Shown piece by piece: positions 1 to 8,567 of a stretch of DNA of 54,303 nt. This stretch comes from an uncultured Gammaproteobacteria bacterium (GTDB lineage Bacteria > Patescibacteriota > Patescibacteriia > Veblenbacterales > UBA10138). The first letter of the stretch is position 1, and every line of letters starts with the position of its first letter. The notes beneath the pieces were generated by a model that had not been told where the DNA came from, made no database searches, and saw nothing but the letters and a program-made list of their open reading frames with translations. The position numbers and the translations under genes were made by a program. The stretch is taken from the NCBI GenBank assembly GCA_964453605.1, contig CAYVOI010000002.1, forward strand, positions 1-54,303, written 5' to 3'.

Positions 1-1080
<1,080 letters not shown>

Positions 1081-1244
1081 AGAATTGTAGAGTGTTGAAG
1101 GCTCTATCAGTTTTGATCATTTTTTACCTGGACGATCAGGACACCACAGGTACCAGCAAGGTACCAGGGCGACCTATAAACCAGTTGCCTCGTTCCGCCA
1201 AAGGCGGACGGGCAGAAACTGACGTACTTGACTCTTCCTATCAC

Positions 1245-1257
1245 TTATTAAAGAACA
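1245..1257 (-). promoter_or_regulatory. boxA-like antitermination element in the 16S leader
   Basis: The minus strand reads TGTTCTTTAATAA, 11/13 against my recollection of the rrn boxA TGCTCTTTAACAA. It lies between the predicted promoter and the 16S 5' end. Confidence 0.45.
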
Positions 1258-1512
1258 AACTACATTTCAGGCGGTTTACCCCGCCTCTCCCATGCACCTC
1301 CCAAACTTCAAACGGCCTAACGTAAGGCGCAGCCGCTCTACTGTTTGATGGTTTGTTAACCTCTGGGAGATGACTAGGAGAGGAGGGGTAGAAAAAACAG
1401 AGATACTGGAGAGCTTGGCGCTCAAGTACCACTGTCTTTTCTCCTCCACACGAGTTGCTAGAGAAGTATGTTAGGTGGCTGGTTTGAAAGTTAGCTCTAA
1501 ATAGACCTTACT

Positions 1513-1541
1513 AGTATAAAGTGGCCCAGGGGCTTTGTCAA
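1513..1541 (-). promoter_or_regulatory. Candidate 16S rRNA promoter
   Basis: The minus strand has TTGACA (1536-1541), a 17-nt spacer and TATACT (1513-1518), about 430 nt upstream of the 16S 5' end. Confidence 0.5.
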
Positions 1542-1773
1542 CCCCTCGACTCACACCGCTAAACATAGCGAAAATTAGGCCGCTCGGGGTTGACCCTGAG
1601 GTGACTCGAATGGGTCAAGCACCCTTTGCCACAGGGTGTGAATAGGCTAAACTAGGCCTTTTCAGGGCTAAATAAAGCCTTAAAAATTGACAAACTAGGG
1701 GTAGGGTACTAAGGTAGGGCCAAACCGAAAAACCACAATCACCTTTTCTACTCTTCCGCTTCTAGCGTATAAA

Positions 1774-3111
1774 TTACTGATGCTTCAAAAGCTCGGCTGC
1801 ATCTGTATTAGCCGCCGCTGCCCATTTCAATTTTCCTTCGCTCTCCCACTCAGCGGCAGTCCGTTCGCACATCTGGGAGGCCTTATCGGTTTTACCAGCT
1901 AAACGATAACAAATGCGAGCAGCATACAAATGATTATTGCCTTCAAAAATAGCCGCCCATGAAGTAAGTTCTTCATTGGTCAATAGTTTTGCAATTTTAT
2001 CATTGTCTAACATGCTCCCCATAGCAGAGAGGTCATCCTTGTTATCTCTTATAAACTCGTCTAGCATCTCACGAGCCTTAGCTTGGTTACCCACCTGCGT
2101 AAAATATTCAATGCTCTTTTCGGCATAACCTTGAACGAAGGGGGACTTTCTGTCCAATGTTGCATCCTTCCTATAGCTATTAGCATACTCTTGGCCACTC
2201 TTTAGCGCCAACTCTTTAACTTCTTCATCTTGTAACCCCAATTCCTTGGCAAAATCTAATTTTACCGCTGCTGGGTACACCCAACCCTTGGGGTTAACAT
2301 ACCCATTCAGGTAATCGTGGTACGCTTTATCGTCATCTGCTATACGACATAATGCTAAAATTGACCGTATGTTACTGTCATTTCTATTAGTAGTGAAAAC
2401 TTGTTCCTTAACTTTAGCTCTTAAAATATGTACTATTTTTTCTAGAAAATCACCTTCACCGTAAGACGCTCTTATGCTATTTACCCTTTCCAAGAGAGGG
2501 TCAGCACCATCAACTAGCTTAAAATATTCAAGCCATTGCTTTTGGGCAAGATCTAGTGAACCCAATATCTCTTGTGCCTCTGCTTCAAGTATAAGATCTT
2601 CGCCCCATATGGAAAATTCTTCTCCTAGATTTTTGGCTTTAAAATATTCCGCACCAGCTTGCCCTTTCGCTCTATCAGTGGCCATGGTGTCCTTTAATAC
2701 TAACAGGTCCTGGAATTGATCCATTGCATACTTTCGTGCTTCTTCATGATCGCCGTATTTTGCGCACAGTTCTGCGGCAATGGAACAGTTAGAATATTTT
2801 TCATAAATTTCTTCATCCGAATAACTGGCAATTTGCGCGGCGGTCGCTCGCAATATTTTTTTGGCCCTATCCTCTTGGTGGTTTTTTATGAAATATAAAA
2901 TAGCGGCCTCGCTATCTCCCATATTAATTCTCATGCCTTGTTCAATAGATGCCTCAATATTTTCTGCGTATCTCTTGTTTAGTTCAGCTGCCTTTTTTTC
3001 AAGCTGAGCGATAGAGGGGTGTTTTTCGCGCGCTTTATCTTCGGCCACTGCCATTTCTAAAGCTTCATTGGAACTACTTATACGCCCTTCATTAAAGTGT
3101 TCGACTTCCAT
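1774..3111 (-). CDS. Hypothetical 445-aa soluble protein, predicted all-helical and repeat-like (TPR-like impression only)
   Basis: Long uninterrupted ORF with non-repetitive, protein-like composition rich in E/K/A/L. Visibly more AT-rich than its neighbours (not computed). I recognise no family motif. Confidence 0.7.
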   Translation of the reverse strand: MEVEHFNEGRISSSNEALEMAVAEDKAREKHPSIAQLEKKAAELNKRYAENIEASIEQGMRINMGDSEAAILYFIKNHQEDRAKKILRATAAQIASYSDEEIYEKYSNCSIAAELCAKYGDHEEARKYAMDQFQDLLVLKDTMATDRAKGQAGAEYFKAKNLGEEFSIWGEDLILEAEAQEILGSLDLAQKQWLEYFKLVDGADPLLERVNSIRASYGEGDFLEKIVHILRAKVKEQVFTTNRNDSNIRSILALCRIADDDKAYHDYLNGYVNPKGWVYPAAVKLDFAKELGLQDEEVKELALKSGQEYANSYRKDATLDRKSPFVQGYAEKSIEYFTQVGNQAKAREMLDEFIRDNKDDLSAMGSMLDNDKIAKLLTNEELTSWAAIFEGNNHLYAARICYRLAGKTDKASQMCERTAAEWESEGKLKWAAAANTDAAELLKHQ

Positions 3112-3154
3112 AACGATTCTAAAATTTAATTATAAGGATGTATTCTATAGCCGC

Positions 3155-3183
3155 ATCCTACCCCCCCCCGAGGCCTTTGTCAA
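3155..3183 (-). promoter_or_regulatory. Candidate promoter of the 445-aa gene with a G9 tract in the spacer
   Basis: The minus strand has TTGACA (3178-3183), the 17-nt spacer AAGGCCTCGGGGGGGGG, and TAGGAT (3155-3160). The C9 run on the plus strand is at 3161-3169. Confidence 0.5.
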
Positions 3184-3241
3184 ATCAAAAATCAACACCA
3201 CAAGAGTAGTGTCGCGACCTACCTGTAAACTAGTGGGTGCC

Positions 3242-3277
3242 TTACGGATTTATGTCCAGCTGGACATAAATCCGTAA
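3242..3277. repeat. 36-bp perfect palindrome TTACGGATTTATGTCCAGCTGGACATAAATCCGTAA
   Basis: The sequence equals its own reverse complement. It lies 13 nt downstream of the stop of the 3291-3866 gene. Confidence 0.97.
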
Positions 3278-3290
3278 TCTGTATTATTCA

Positions 3291-3866
3291 TTATTTACCA
3301 TGGGGGAGGTGCAAAAAATGTTCGGCGTGGAAAACGTTCACCCAGGGCTTGAGCTTAGCTTGGGCGACAAATTGCGCTACGAGTTTGTAAACATCTGCCC
3401 TGCTCACCCACACACTCTGCTGCAGCTTGGCAAACCCGCCTTGTCGCAACAACCACCGGAACTGACGGCGAGCAATATTTTGGCTTTCGGGTATATCAAA
3501 AACTACGACCGTTGAAAGCGTGTCAGGTCGCCGTGGAGCTCGTTTGAGCTGTGTCACCAGCGTGGCAGCGCGCCCTTTAGCGGTAAGGGTTACGAGAAGC
3601 CGTTTGCCGATTTTTTGTGCAGTAATATAGCGTGCCTGTCGCAGTTGCGTGAGTGCCCGTTTAGCTGCTGTTTCCTTACTTAGGCGCTGGTATTCTTTAA
3701 CCAGGGTGTGCCCGCCGCGTAAATAGGTACCGCGATGATACTTAAGGTCGTAGAGCATGGTAGAGAAGTCCACCGCTGTCTGCCCAGTAGTAGCGAGCAG
3801 ATTGAGTAGCACCTTCGTTAGTGGTGGTCGTTGATTTCGCGTCATAGTATAACTGGATTGTATCAT
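3291..3866 (-). CDS. Putative PaaX-like regulator: N-terminal winged-helix plus C-terminal Cas2-fold-like domain (191 aa)
   Basis: The C-terminal segment TVVVFDIPESQNIARRQFRWLLRQGGFAKLQQSVWVS resembles the beta-alpha-beta core of Cas2/PaaX C-terminal domains. The N-terminal part resembles a wHTH. Assignment is by motif recollection only. Confidence 0.6.
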   Translation of the reverse strand: MIQSSYTMTRNQRPPLTKVLLNLLATTGQTAVDFSTMLYDLKYHRGTYLRGGHTLVKEYQRLSKETAAKRALTQLRQARYITAQKIGKRLLVTLTAKGRAATLVTQLKRAPRRPDTLSTVVVFDIPESQNIARRQFRWLLRQGGFAKLQQSVWVSRADVYKLVAQFVAQAKLKPWVNVFHAEHFLHLPHGK

Positions 3867-3869
3867 GCA

Positions 3870-3905
3870 TTACGGAAATATGTCCAGCTGGACATATTTC
3901 CGTAA
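3870..3905. repeat. 36-bp perfect palindrome TTACGGAAATATGTCCAGCTGGACATATTTCCGTAA
   Basis: The sequence equals its own reverse complement. It ends 3 nt upstream of the ATG at 3866. It differs from the 3242-3277 copy at 2 positions per arm, changed symmetrically. Confidence 0.97.
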
Positions 3906-3919
3906 TTGATCTAACAAGC

Positions 3920-4615
3920 TTACTTCACGCTACTGTTCCGTGTTCGCCACAGGGCAATGCGTTTATGGTGTCCACCAAGCAAAACCTTGGGTACACGGTA
4001 CTTGCGTTTGCTGACTACAAACACCTCGGGCCTGGTGTAGTGGGGGTGCTCTAAATAGGGAGTAGGGTGTAGGGAGTAGTCAGTAGAAAAAGATTCATTT
4101 TCAACTGACTCTTGCTTACCTACAACTCCAGGAATCATACGCGAAACCGCATCAATAATCACAGCTGCTGGCAGCTCGCCACCGGTGAGCACATAGGGGC
4201 CCACTGAAATTTTTTCATCGATAAAGTTTTCTACACGCGCATCCACACCTTCGTACCGCCCGCAAATAAAAATAAGTCGGTCATACTTCGCCAGCCGTTT
4301 GGCCACACCCTGCGTAAATTGTTTTCCATTCGCCGCCAATAACATTGTTCTCGTTTTCCCTACACCCTTCCCCCTACCCCCTGTACCCTTAAGCGCCCTG
4401 AGGGCGCGCCAAATCGGCTCCGCCTTTATCACCATACCCGCTCCCCCGCCGTACACTCGGTCGTCCACCTTGCGGTGCTTGTCGCGGCTCCATTTCCGCA
4501 AATCATGTGTTTGGATTTTAATTAATTTCTTTTCTTGCGCACGCTTTAAAATGCTCGTGCCAAAGTACGAATCGAGGGAACTTGGAAAAATGGAAATAAT
4601 GTCAAAACGTTTCAT
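3920..4615 (-). CDS. trmD: tRNA (guanine37-N1)-methyltransferase TrmD
   Basis: MKRFDIISIFP...YGGGAGMV...LTGGELPAAV motifs are present. The start is taken at the internal Met (4615) because the conserved N-terminus begins there. Confidence 0.9.
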   Translation of the reverse strand: MKRFDIISIFPSSLDSYFGTSILKRAQEKKLIKIQTHDLRKWSRDKHRKVDDRVYGGGAGMVIKAEPIWRALRALKGTGGRGKGVGKTRTMLLAANGKQFTQGVAKRLAKYDRLIFICGRYEGVDARVENFIDEKISVGPYVLTGGELPAAVIIDAVSRMIPGVVGKQESVENESFSTDYSLHPTPYLEHPHYTRPEVFVVSKRKYRVPKVLLGGHHKRIALWRTRNSSVK

Positions 4616-4651
4616 AACCAGTGATACGTTACCATAGGACAACACTTTATT

Positions 4652-4689
4652 CAACAAAAAGAGTCAGCTGCGGTTGTGCAACTGACTCT
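4652..4689 (-). terminator. Intrinsic terminator downstream of the 113-aa ORF
   Basis: On the minus strand, hairpin GAGTCAG...CTGACTC is followed by TTTTTG. Confidence 0.6.
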
Positions 4690-4806
4690 AATATTTTGCT
4701 TCTTGACTGCCTCACGACAGTTTTTAGTTTCAGGCGGGAAGCTGCCCACCTAACCAGGGGCGCCACTGTTTTTCAGGGCGCTTTATTTGGATTTTTCCCA
4801 GCGGGA

Positions 4807-5148
4807 TTAATACAAGGTAATCTCCTGCTCACCACCCCTCGTCATTACCCTCAGTTTGGAAGGTTCTATAACCTTCAATACTTTGAGTGGGTAATTTTCA
4901 CGCCCCTTTCCCAAATATACGTACTTCGTACCTTCGGGAAAACTAGGGGAGTAAACTTTGACATAGAAGTGTTCTGTTTTACCACTACCCTGCATCCGTG
5001 CGACATCCTCACCAACGAATATGATTAACCAATTGTTGATGACGTGATGGGTCAGTGCTTGGCGCGACTGATACGCATCACTGTTTGGAATCACACCGGT
5101 TTTAAAGCACCCGTTGACGAGATTTTTAATGTTCTTCAAGTATTCCAT
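4807..5148 (-). CDS. Hypothetical 113-aa protein
   Basis: ORF with its own terminator, divergent from the TrmB-like regulator across an extremely AT-rich spacer. No motif recognised. Confidence 0.55.
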   Translation of the reverse strand: MEYLKNIKNLVNGCFKTGVIPNSDAYQSRQALTHHVINNWLIIFVGEDVARMQGSGKTEHFYVKVYSPSFPEGTKYVYLGKGRENYPLKVLKVIEPSKLRVMTRGGEQEITLY

Positions 5149-5310
5149 GATTTCGCTCCTTATAATTGTGAAAGAAATTATTTTTGTTTAACAGGTTATA
5201 GTAGAACAGGTGCAGAAAAATGTCAATGGTTATAAATATTATCACTTAATATATTTATTAATATTTTGCTAAAATTAGACAAATTATGTATCTATATAGT
5301 GTCAAAAATA

Positions 5311-5339
5311 TTGACAATATTTTAAATATAAGATAGTAT
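5311..5339 (+). promoter_or_regulatory. Candidate promoter giving a leaderless mRNA for the TrmB-like regulator
   Basis: TTGACA (5311-5316), a 17-nt spacer and TAGTAT (5334-5339). The ATG at 5346 is only 6 nt after the -10 box. Confidence 0.5.
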
Positions 5340-5345
5340 TTACTT

Positions 5346-6071
5346 ATGAAAACCACTGAACAGCTGCAGGCTCTGGGGCTTACAAAAAACGAGATTTCCT
5401 TGTATTTAGCCACCTTGCAAATAGGTCCGGCGCCTATTTCTAAGCTAGCGGGGAAAGCGGGGGTTAAACGACCTACAGCCTACAACCACCTGGACGATCT
5501 TATAGTCAAAGGGTTGGTACACCAGCTGGTTAAGGGAAAACGCAAACTCTATGCCACCCACCCACCAGAGCAACTGCTAGACGTGCTGGAACAACGCAGG
5601 CAGCAGGTGGTAGCACAACTCCCTTACCTAAACTCGCTGTACCGTGCTACACCTAAGCAACCTCGCGTTACCTACTACGAGGGTAAAGCAGGCCTCAAGC
5701 GCGCCTATACAGAAATTTGGAGCACGCCGCTCACTATTTACACAGCTTTTTCTCCGGAACGCTACTTTCAGGTATTTACCCCCGAGGATAACGAGGAATT
5801 TTATAAACTACTCAAACAGCATGGTGGGCAGATTAACGATTTGGTTGAGCAATCAGCGAAAGGAGAAGAATTTATGAAACACAGCTATCGCAAGGGTTCG
5901 GGCCAGGCTAAGTTTCTACCAGCCTCGACCAGGCTCGCGGTGGACTTTCTAGCTACCACTAAAGTAGTGGCGCTGGTATCTCTGAGAAACCAGACTGCGA
6001 CGGTAATAGAAGACCCTGATATTGCCAGTGCCCATGTAGCTTTATTTAAGACTCTTTGGGACTCAATTTAG
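5346..6071 (+). CDS. TrmB-family (sugar-type) HTH transcriptional regulator
   Basis: The N-terminus LGLTKNEISLYLATLQIGPAPISKLAGKAGVKRPTAYNHLDDLIVKGLV is typical of the TrmB wHTH. Confidence 0.75.
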   Translation: MKTTEQLQALGLTKNEISLYLATLQIGPAPISKLAGKAGVKRPTAYNHLDDLIVKGLVHQLVKGKRKLYATHPPEQLLDVLEQRRQQVVAQLPYLNSLYRATPKQPRVTYYEGKAGLKRAYTEIWSTPLTIYTAFSPERYFQVFTPEDNEEFYKLLKQHGGQINDLVEQSAKGEEFMKHSYRKGSGQAKFLPASTRLAVDFLATTKVVALVSLRNQTATVIEDPDIASAHVALFKTLWDSI

Positions 6072-6085
6072 GGTGCTTAAAACAA

Positions 6086-6116
6086 AACCACCCCCGCGAA
6101 TTTGCGGGGGTGGTTT
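6086..6116. terminator. GC-rich hairpin terminator (AAACCACCCCCGC...GCGGGGGTGGTTT)
   Basis: 13-bp stem with A/T runs on both sides. It follows the regulator stop on the plus strand and the KH-tail fragment on the minus strand. Confidence 0.6.
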
Positions 6117-6126
6117 AAAATCAAGA

Positions 6127-6251
6127 CTATATCTTCAAATCGTCGACTATGGAGGTGTCGGCCATGGGGGCGCCCACGTCGCCGCCGTGCATAGCCTCGC
6201 GCTCTTCACGCGAGCGGCAGGAAAAATAGAGATAATATCAAAGCGTTTCAT
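6127..6251 (-). pseudogene. Chimeric gene fragment: the trmD 5' end (11 codons, 6220-6251) fused out of frame to a copy of the KH-protein 3' end (6127-6219)
   Basis: ATGAAACGCTTTGATATTATCTCTATTTTTCC matches the trmD start. The following ~93 nt are about 87% identical (hand count) to 9127-9219. Confidence 0.8.
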
Positions 6252-6269
6252 ACTATAACCATAAATCAA

Positions 6270-6292
6270 GGGGCCGCCTTTCGACAAGCCCC
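6270..6292 (-). repeat. Hairpin GGGGCTTGTCGAAAGGCGGCCCC, copy 1 of 2
   Basis: Near-identical to 8568-8590. Both sit between the stop of an upstream ORF and a trmD-head fragment. Confidence 0.85.
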
Positions 6293-6302
6293 TAAGAAAT
6301 TC

Positions 6303-6772
6303 TTATACCGAAACCCCACCTAGTTTGTTACCTGATATGTCGAGCACTAACACCTGTATGCCGTCAAATGAAACTCCACGCAGCACAAACAAATCAAACA
6401 TCGTCAACAGGGCAGTGGGCACAACCACTATGTACTTACCACCATTAAATTTAGATTTAGAGAGCAATCTTTGGGCCTCGGCCAGCCCCAGGCCGAGGCT
6501 GGTGGTTTGCGTAAACTCACATTCAGGCGACAAACCCAGCTCCTGCCGACCGGGTATGGCCGAGGTGTCGCCCAAACGGTAAACCCAAAATACTCCTTTA
6601 AGGCTGCGGCTGTCACGCAAAACTTCCTTCGCTTTCTGCACGGCCTCAGCCGTTTCCATACCCCGCTGGTCAAACACCAGCGCGCCCGACGTGGCCTTGG
6701 CAACAGAGTGAAGGTTACTGTGGCCACCAATATTACCAGAAAAAGGCTCGCTACTATAGCTAAGCGTTTCAT
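6303..6772 (-). pseudogene. Exported or membrane-anchored ~155-aa protein gene interrupted by a frameshift (or assembly indel)
   Basis: AGGAGA-N6-ATG at 6772 opens a signal-peptide-like MKRLAIVASLFLVILVATVTF. That frame then becomes Arg-rich junk. The protein-like frame (6303-6677, open upstream to the start) has no start codon of its own. Confidence 0.55.
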
Positions 6773-6948
6773 GGTATTTCTCCTGTTTTGGTGTTGAATC
6801 TAGATTTATGAATGAACGATTAGCGACATCTTACGGCATGGCGGGTGATTAAGTCAAGCCAGCGTGAACGCTGTACCAACTGGAGCACGCTTTGTGAGCG
6901 GCGTTCTAGGTTAAAGCTATGGGTTACGGCACAGCGGCGCGGCTGGCT

Positions 6949-6978
6949 TTGACAACCGCACCTCAGGTTTGCTAAGGT
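6949..6978 (+). promoter_or_regulatory. Candidate glnA promoter
   Basis: TTGACA (6949-6954), an 18-nt spacer and TAAGGT (6973-6978). Confidence 0.4.
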
Positions 6979-7039
6979 ACAGCAACTATAAAACCGATAA
7001 TTCAGCTCATTCCCATACACCATATAAGGAGTAGTAGTC

Positions 7040-8422
7040 ATGCAAAAAAAGCTCACTCGCCTGCTCAAAAACGCGCAGGCTGTTCTGCTTACCTTTACCG
7101 ATCCCTTAGGAAAACGGCAAGAGGTGACCACCGTTCCACGGGAGATTGATGAAAACTCCCTCCGCAGCGGCATAGGGTTTGATGGCTCGTCCATCAAGCT
7201 CTTTAGCCCAATCCAAGAGTCGGACATGCTCCTGGTGCCGGACGAGGCCACCGCGTTCATGGACCCGTTCTGTGCCGTGCCCACCGTCAGCCTGACCTGC
7301 GACATTCGCGACCCGGTTACGGGTAAGTGGTTCACGCGCGACCCGCGCTACGTAGCGCGGCAGGCGCAGGCCGAACTCACCAAGAGTGGCCTGGCCGATA
7401 CCATGCTGGTCGGGCCTGAGCCTGAGTTCTTTATCTTCGATGGCGCTCGCTACCAACAGAACGCCCAGAGTGCACACTACGAGGTAGACGCAGAGGAGGC
7501 AGTCTGGAACTCCGACACCCAGGGCAACCGAGGACACAACATTCGGCACAAAGAAGGCTACGTGCCTGCCCGGCCAGAGGACAAACTTGGTGACATTCGC
7601 ACCGAAATGTTGCTGACGTTAGAAAAGCTCGGCATTCAGACTGAAAAGCACCACCACGAGGTAGCCACCGCCGGGCAAGCAGAAATTGATCTGGTGCGCC
7701 TGCCGCTGCTCGCCATGGCCGATGCCACCACAACTCTGAAGTACGTGGTCAAGAACGTGGCTGCCAAACATGGTAAAACGGCCACGTTCATGGCCAAACC
7801 TATCTTTGGGGACAATGGCAACGGCATGCACGTGCACCAGAGCTTGTGGAAAGGCGGCAAGCCGCAGTTTGCGGGCAAGAGGTACGCCGGCCTTTCAGAT
7901 ATGGCACTGTGGTACATCGGCGGGCTGCTGAAGCACGCCCGGGCACTCTCAGCGTTCTGTGCACCAACGGTCAACAGCTACAAGCGCCTGGTGCCAGGGT
8001 TTGAAGCGCCAACTAACCTGGTGTATTCGGGCCGGAATCGGTCGGCGGCTATCCGCATACCGCTGTACAGCAATTCACCCAAAGCCAAGCGGGTTGAATT
8101 TCGCTGCCCCGATCCTACCGCCAATCCGTACCTGGCCTTTGCCGCCATGCTCATGGCTGGACTCGATGGTATTCGCGAGGAAACCGACCCGGGCAAGGCG
8201 GTAGATGAGAACATCTACGAGAGTAAACTCAAGCTGCCGCAACTGCCAGGGAGCCTTAGTGAGGCGCTAGATGCGCTCGAAGATGACCACTTCTTCTTGG
8301 GGCTGGGTAGGGTATTCACGGAGGATCTGGTGCAGGCGTTTATCGCCCACAAGCGGCAAGAGGTAGCCGAACACAATATGCGCCCCACGCCGTACGAGTT
8401 CTGTACGACCTACGACGCGTAA
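7040..8422 (+). CDS. glnA: Glutamine synthetase, type I
   Basis: 460 aa with GS-I hallmarks (FDGSSI, PEPEFF, KPIFGDNGNGMH.H.S, NSYKRLVPG.EAP, R.P). Confidence 0.93.
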   Translation: MQKKLTRLLKNAQAVLLTFTDPLGKRQEVTTVPREIDENSLRSGIGFDGSSIKLFSPIQESDMLLVPDEATAFMDPFCAVPTVSLTCDIRDPVTGKWFTRDPRYVARQAQAELTKSGLADTMLVGPEPEFFIFDGARYQQNAQSAHYEVDAEEAVWNSDTQGNRGHNIRHKEGYVPARPEDKLGDIRTEMLLTLEKLGIQTEKHHHEVATAGQAEIDLVRLPLLAMADATTTLKYVVKNVAAKHGKTATFMAKPIFGDNGNGMHVHQSLWKGGKPQFAGKRYAGLSDMALWYIGGLLKHARALSAFCAPTVNSYKRLVPGFEAPTNLVYSGRNRSAAIRIPLYSNSPKAKRVEFRCPDPTANPYLAFAAMLMAGLDGIREETDPGKAVDENIYESKLKLPQLPGSLSEALDALEDDHFFLGLGRVFTEDLVQAFIAHKRQEVAEHNMRPTPYEFCTTYDA

Positions 8423-8437
8423 TCCTATTCAAACTAT

Positions 8438-8469
8438 GATGGAAGCCTGGCCAGCTTCCATCTTTTTTT
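8438..8469 (+). terminator. Intrinsic terminator of glnA
   Basis: Hairpin GATGGAAGC-7nt-GCTTCCATC followed by T7. Confidence 0.85.
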
Positions 8470-8548
8470 ACATACGCTTCAAAATGCTCGTGCCGAAGTA
8501 CGAGTCGAGCGGTGTGGAAAAAATAGCAATAATATCGAAGCGTTTCAT
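8468..8548 (-). pseudogene. trmD 5' fragment: an intact 26-codon ORF, MKRFDIIAIFSTPLDSYFGTSILKRM
   Basis: About 78% nt identity (hand count) to the first 78 nt of trmD (4538-4615). It ends at a stop inside the glnA terminator T-run. Confidence 0.75.
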
Positions 8549-8567
8549 AAACCTAACAATAATGAAA

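Noticed and set aside
3242-3905. CRISPR array or IS200/IS605-type element, suggested by the paired palindromes
   Set aside because: Only two repeat copies are present, 592 bp apart and enclosing a gene, so there is no spacer array. The enclosed protein has no HUH/Y1 transposase or TnpB motif. No cas genes are in the window.
6820-7335. 171-aa ORF on the minus strand overlapping the glnA promoter and 5' end
   Set aside because: It overlaps the conserved glnA N-terminus, has Arg/Ser/Cys-rich composition, and has no ribosome-binding site.
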